A stretch of DNA of 64,000 nt. It comes from Octopus sinensis. Taxonomy: Eukaryota. The notes under the pieces were generated by a model. The model did not search any database. It saw nothing but the letters and a program-made list of their open reading frames with translations, and was not told the DNA's origin. The DNA lies in NCBI RefSeq assembly GCF_006345805.1, contig NC_043001.1, positions 39,928,001 to 39,992,000 of the forward strand, in the 5' to 3' direction. This document shows, piece after piece, positions 62,738 to 64,000 of this stretch (the first letter of the stretch is position 1; the number at the start of each line of letters is the position of its first letter). The position numbers and the translations under genes were made by a program.

Positions 62738-63785
62738 TAGACAGATAGATAGACAGAGAAAGAGAGAGAGAGAGAGAGAGTTATGGCAGGTTCATAGGGT
62801 TACCTGGGGCTTTGCGTCTATAAAGCACTTATCTTTTCATACATCTCATCAGACCCTAATGGCCAATGGCTTATAATCTCTCTTCAAAGTGGAGCAAGAA
62901 GAGGCCTCATGGTTAGTTTTTGAATACACAAAGAAGAAAGGTAAGTGCAAGGAATTGTCTCCATTATACCACTATCCAGAATCCACCCAGTTAGTTTGCA
63001 GGTCTCAGGATTTCAGTAAAATTCATCTGAAGTGTGAACAGGGTTCATTTACATCTGTCCTGAATTTAAAATGTTCCACAATTCAAGGGAGTTCTTTAAT
63101 ATCCTCAGCCATTCTGCTATGCACAGCTTGCAACATTTGCTCCCATTCATGTAGGGCCTGGTTTTTCTAGGATCTTCCATATGATTACAAGTGGAGTCCT
63201 TTTGTTCTTTAGGTGACACACGTGGCAGGCCAAGGACATAGCATAATGTCTTTCCAGGATCCTAAACAAGTATTTGTGGTTGGAGAGGAACTGCTTGAAG
63301 GTGTTTCTGGAACATCCAATATATTTTTGAATGCTACTATTGGCGTTGTTGCTTCTGTTGATGTTGACACTGCTACTTCCATTATTGTTGGTGCTGGTGT
63401 TGGCACTGTTGTTGTTGTTATTGTTGTTGGTGTCTCCGTTGGTGCTGCTATAATCATCATCGTTGTTGGAACCGTTGTTGTCATTGTTATTATTGTTATC
63501 ATTATTAGCATTATCATTAGTGATGGTGCTGCTGCTATTTTTGCAATAGTTGCTGCTGTTGCTATAATTTAATAATAGCAAAGGTGTTGCTGCTATTCCT
63601 GCAACTTCCATATCTGTTGGAAAAGCTGCTGCTATTAGGATCAGATATAATTAAGTTCTACAATCTATCAATAGATATAAATTTGTGATAGCTAAGAGTT
63701 CGAAGAAAAAATGTTTATATTATTACTTACCACATAGGCATTGTACAGTTAAAAAGTGTTTCCAATATAACAGCTTGAATTCCAT
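211..63785 (-). CDS. Spliced gene for a type I membrane Ig-superfamily protein (signal peptide + 8 Ig + TM; nephrin/SYG-2/CEACAM-like architecture), 3' end outside window
   Basis: Ten exons with AG acceptors and GT/GC donors, all phase 1. Internal exon lengths are multiples of 3 (282, 306, 321, 255, 240, 249, 255, 306; the 240 uses a weak acceptor). Each internal exon encodes one Ig-like domain with spaced Cys/Trp. A hydrophobic N-terminal exon and a TM exon bracket them. Confidence 0.85.
1380..1720 (-). mobile_element. GAT-tailed RTE 3' module with internal ~60-bp repeats
   Basis: (CAT)n-cgtttagcgtccgctttccatgctggcatgggttggacgg is the reverse complement of the 3' end of the RTE at 39100-39310. 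Confidence 0.8.
1990..2870 (-). mobile_element. Decayed CR1/L2-group LINE RT C-terminal fragment
   Basis: YINDI...KYADDITLY; [14 protein letters not shown]; [15 protein letters not shown]. Confidence 0.8.
3600..3920 (+). mobile_element. Decayed 3' end of a HERO-like (RLE) non-LTR retrotransposon
   Basis: Translation [15 protein letters not shown] followed by gatcaaccatgactgggttaactgggtga...aaagacctgaaac, which resembles the HERO C-terminus and 3'UTR as I recall them. Confidence 0.5.
6534..6839 (-). CDS. Exon I: Ig domain 8 (I-set-like, lacks the F-strand Cys)
   Basis: ttttcaccag acceptor, AAG|GTAAGT donor, 306 nt; VKPIF...[16 protein letters not shown]...[24 protein letters not shown]. Confidence 0.9.
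8817..9071 (-). CDS. Exon H: Ig domain 7 (GC donor)
   Basis: ttttttttaag acceptor, CCAG|GCAAGT donor, 255 nt; YPPQVNI...[15 protein letters not shown]...LSI...[12 protein letters not shown]. Confidence 0.87.
10130..11964 (-). mobile_element. Gypsy (K02A2.6/Mag-like) remnant: LTR 11764-11964, PBS-like site, gag split by a Penelope insertion
   Basis: TG..CA-bounded ~200 bp followed by gtggcaatgag; gag motifs [19 protein letters not shown] and RWKCLNM...[14 protein letters not shown]. Confidence 0.65.
10385..11230 (+). mobile_element. Penelope-like element 3' fragment with an inverted partial copy
   Basis: [33 protein letters not shown]...P.LN; 10385-10620 is the reverse complement of about 10932-11170. 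Confidence 0.75.
14010..14258 (-). CDS. Exon G: Ig domain 6
   Basis: tttatttatag acceptor, T|GTATGA donor, 249 nt; [16 protein letters not shown]...[13 protein letters not shown]...VLCVAN. Confidence 0.9.
15800..18690 (+). mobile_element. Decayed RTE LINE (RT C-half, long pyrimidine-rich 3'UTR, GAT tail)
   Basis: [10 protein letters not shown]...ELIYADD...[12 protein letters not shown]; the end matches the RTE 3' module. Confidence 0.8.
19132..19361 (+). mobile_element. Young tRNA-derived SINE (family 1) with a 12-bp TSD
   Basis: ggcggcgagctgacagaa A-box-like head, gagttcaaattcc B-box-like site, aataaagaaata tail; TSD ggtatggtagaa at 19120-19131 and 19362-19373. Confidence 0.88.
20181..20420 (-). 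CDS. Exon F: Ig domain 5 (in frame only from a weak AAG acceptor at 20421; the strong acceptor at 20435 is 1 nt out of frame)
   Basis: T|GTAAGT donor at 20180; [28 protein letters not shown]...[19 protein letters not shown]. Confidence 0.8.
20471..20800 (+). mobile_element. tRNA-derived SINE (family 2)
   Basis: ggtgtggctgtgtggtaagaagcttgcttcccaacc...ggttcagtccc head; copies at 27585, 32740 and 58806. Confidence 0.8.
21375..22530 (-). mobile_element. Internally deleted Chapaev3-like (CMC) DNA transposon
   Basis: [27 protein letters not shown] and [14 protein letters not shown]...[22 protein letters not shown]; CAC-like ends. Confidence 0.6.
22990..23075. repeat. (GATA)n/(GGAT)n microsatellite; another (GATA)n at 62650-62750. 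Many (TA)n, (CA)n and (ATT)n tracts occur throughout the window.
   Basis: Directly visible. Confidence 0.95.
23316..24410 (-). mobile_element. Helitron Rep-helicase C-terminal fragment
   Basis: PIF1-type motifs [64 protein letters not shown]. Confidence 0.9.
24418..25080. repeat. Tandem ~270-bp direct repeat (2 copies plus a partial third)
   Basis: gaaagctc.ttaaaaact...gtagccataccaacaaaatcacttcttcatttaaaaaaa recurs near 24424 and 24694, with a partial copy near 24980. Confidence 0.8.
25658..25912 (-). CDS. Exon E: Ig domain 4
   Basis: aattcatag acceptor, T|GTGAGT donor, 255 nt; YTPVKKIIL...[16 protein letters not shown]...VKC...NITVC. Confidence 0.88.
26130..27540. mobile_element. Cluster of old and young SINE family-1-related copies in mixed orientation, including a young + copy at 26671-26900
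   Basis: Repeated aataataatcatttcta...aaggcacaaggcctgaaat heads and gaaaggatgaaaggcaaagt.gacct blocks. Confidence 0.75.
27585..27960 (+). mobile_element. SINE family 2 copy
   Basis: Colinear with 20471-20800. Confidence 0.8.
27985..28915 (-). mobile_element. RTE 3' module and RT C-terminal fragment
   Basis: (CAT)n tail; reverse strand reads [27 protein letters not shown]. Confidence 0.75.
29200..29750 (+). mobile_element. Penelope-like RT C-terminal fragment
   Basis: VEFLDTKV...[20 protein letters not shown]...[12 protein letters not shown]. Confidence 0.75.
29960..32735 (+). mobile_element. Decayed RTE LINE interrupted by a Penelope fragment (31088-31390)
   Basis: Colinear with 36700-39300; many stops and frameshifts. 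Confidence 0.8.
33270..33420 (+). mobile_element. Penelope-type terminal repeat fragment with a degenerate hammerhead-like motif
   Basis: ctttctgtataagagcataggctcgaaacatgaaag: GAGC/GCTC stem followed by GAAAC. Confidence 0.45.
34666..34986 (-). CDS. Exon D: Ig domain 3 (C2-like)
   Basis: ttctatttcag acceptor, T|GTAAGC donor, 321 nt; VLPKSVTV...YEC...NPEFSVFW...LSSKLTLTL...LQCVAY. Confidence 0.9.
36487..39310 (+). mobile_element. Young, 5'-truncated RTE LINE (endonuclease C-terminus, RT with internal PHD finger, 3'UTR, GAT tail)
   Basis: ORF 37325-38656 with [27 protein letters not shown] and YADD. About 2 frameshifts and 3 stops; possible ATTAG TSD. Confidence 0.95.
38974..39040 (+). repeat. 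18-bp tandem repeat (aaagtaccccggatcccc, about 3.5 copies) at the RTE ORF end / 3'UTR
   Basis: Directly visible. Confidence 0.85.
40890..42910 (-). mobile_element. R4/Dong-clade RLE non-LTR retrotransposon remnants (two partial copies)
   Basis: [54 protein letters not shown]...HDVVAK. Confidence 0.85.
43117..43248 (-). mobile_element. Non-autonomous Helitron/Helentron-type element
   Basis: The reverse strand ends ggcggaggtctgcactctctgagtgcttttCTAG|T: a short hairpin followed by CTAG. Confidence 0.6.
43430..44480 (+). mobile_element. Old RTE LINE RT C-terminal fragment
   Basis: [31 protein letters not shown]. Confidence 0.7.
44690..47960 (+). mobile_element. Ty3/Gypsy LTR retrotransposon, 5'-truncated (gag CCHC, PR, RT, RNase H, IN, 3' LTR)
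   Basis: [14 protein letters not shown]; LVDTG; [11 protein letters not shown] and YIDD; CDAS..AELDA..TDS; HHCC zinc finger with D-D-E. PR-RT-RH-IN order. About one frameshift and two stops. Confidence 0.95.
47652..47960 (+). repeat. 3' LTR of the Gypsy element
   Basis: Follows the ORF end and a purine-rich agggtggtg tract; TG...CA ends; GC content drops after 47960. Confidence 0.7.
48463..49166. repeat. Unclassified 704-bp element bounded by identical 141-bp direct repeats (48463-48603 and 49026-49166)
   Basis: Base-by-base comparison shows identical arms; the interior is CpG-rich; flanked by CA/TA microsatellites. Confidence 0.8.
49195..49424 (-). mobile_element. SINE family 1 copy
   Basis: Reverse complement of 19132-19361. 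Confidence 0.85.
50930..53030 (-). mobile_element. Decayed RTE LINE (endonuclease through RT/PHD)
   Basis: [40 protein letters not shown]; colinear with 36490-38300. Confidence 0.85.
53725..54980 (-). mobile_element. RTE 3' end with a ~62-bp minisatellite expansion (53897-54360)
   Basis: ORF 54517-55062 contains [22 protein letters not shown]...EKTRQD; six close and two diverged tandem units. Confidence 0.85.
56230..56720 (+). mobile_element. Penelope-like GIY-YIG endonuclease remnant
   Basis: CDC...[10 protein letters not shown]...YCIGS...[13 protein letters not shown]. Confidence 0.7.
57646..57951 (-). CDS. Exon C: Ig domain 2 (V-like)
   Basis: gtgttttag acceptor, G|GTAAGT donor, 306 nt; FTLRC..DTGVIWF...[19 protein letters not shown]...FNIRVF. 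Confidence 0.87.
58008..58330 (+). mobile_element. Non-autonomous Helitron 5' end with an internal ~150-bp duplication
   Basis: A|TCTATATATATAAAA...(GTCT)n start; gaatccc..aaactt.agaactacacaaccaatttc repeated near 58056 and 58206. Confidence 0.6.
58806..59110 (+). mobile_element. SINE family 2 copy (right arm of a fold-back)
   Basis: Colinear with 20471-20800. Confidence 0.75.
60640..61300 (-). mobile_element. Tc1/mariner (maT/DD37D-like) transposase remnant
   Basis: [33 protein letters not shown]; [14 protein letters not shown]. Confidence 0.7.
62341..62622 (-). CDS. Exon B: Ig domain 1
   Basis: tttccttcag acceptor, A|GTAAGT donor, 282 nt; [12 protein letters not shown]...STLEC...EVWQV...RIDCQS...IIPLS. 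Confidence 0.78.
62800..63330 (-). mobile_element. Penelope-like GIY-YIG C-terminal remnant
   Basis: [22 protein letters not shown]...SLACHV..LK....IIWKIL; CKLCIAE. Confidence 0.7.
63731..63785 (-). CDS. Exon A: start codon and putative signal peptide ([18 protein letters not shown])
   Basis: ATG in ataATGG context with an in-frame TAG just upstream. Donor G|GTAAGT at 63730 is phase 1 and joins the next exon as V-CLQ. An acceptor-like ctttattcatag 3 nt before the ATG implies a further upstream exon. Confidence 0.6.
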
Positions 63786-64000
63786 TATCTATGAATAAAG
63801 GATAAATGCTAACAAGGAATAATCTCTGCAAATAAGGAGCATGAAGTTGGTGATGCAAAATTCTACAATGTAGAAAATAATTTAACATTAATAATAGGAA
63901 CTTAACTTTGCAAAAACAGGTCCCACTGAACAACAAGTGTTATTAAAGTGAGATTAAGATGAAGAGTGAGTATGTAAGACAGGACCATATAGAGAAAGAC

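Overview
AT-rich, microsatellite-rich animal genomic DNA. The SINE families and GAT-tailed RTE retroposons suggest an octopus (coleoid cephalopod); this is an inference. The main content is one intron-rich minus-strand gene spanning almost the whole window, which the ORF track shows only in fragments. I reconstructed it from splice signals as 10 coding exons between 63785 and about 211, all joined in phase 1. They encode a putative signal peptide, 8 divergent immunoglobulin domains (one per exon) and a transmembrane helix, about 790 aa in total, with 26 N-glycosylation sequons. The cytoplasmic tail lies beyond the left edge. The gene has one GC-AG intron, one exon whose strong acceptor is 1 nt out of frame, and several non-canonical cysteines. 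The introns are packed with nested transposons: RTE LINEs with a PHD finger inserted inside the RT, a mariner split by an RTE, a GC-rich Ty3/Gypsy, and R4/Dong, HERO-like, CR1-like, Penelope-like, Helitron, Chapaev3-like, maT-like and tRNA-SINE remnants. Several local inverted and direct duplications are also present. There are no rRNA genes, true tRNA genes or CRISPR arrays.
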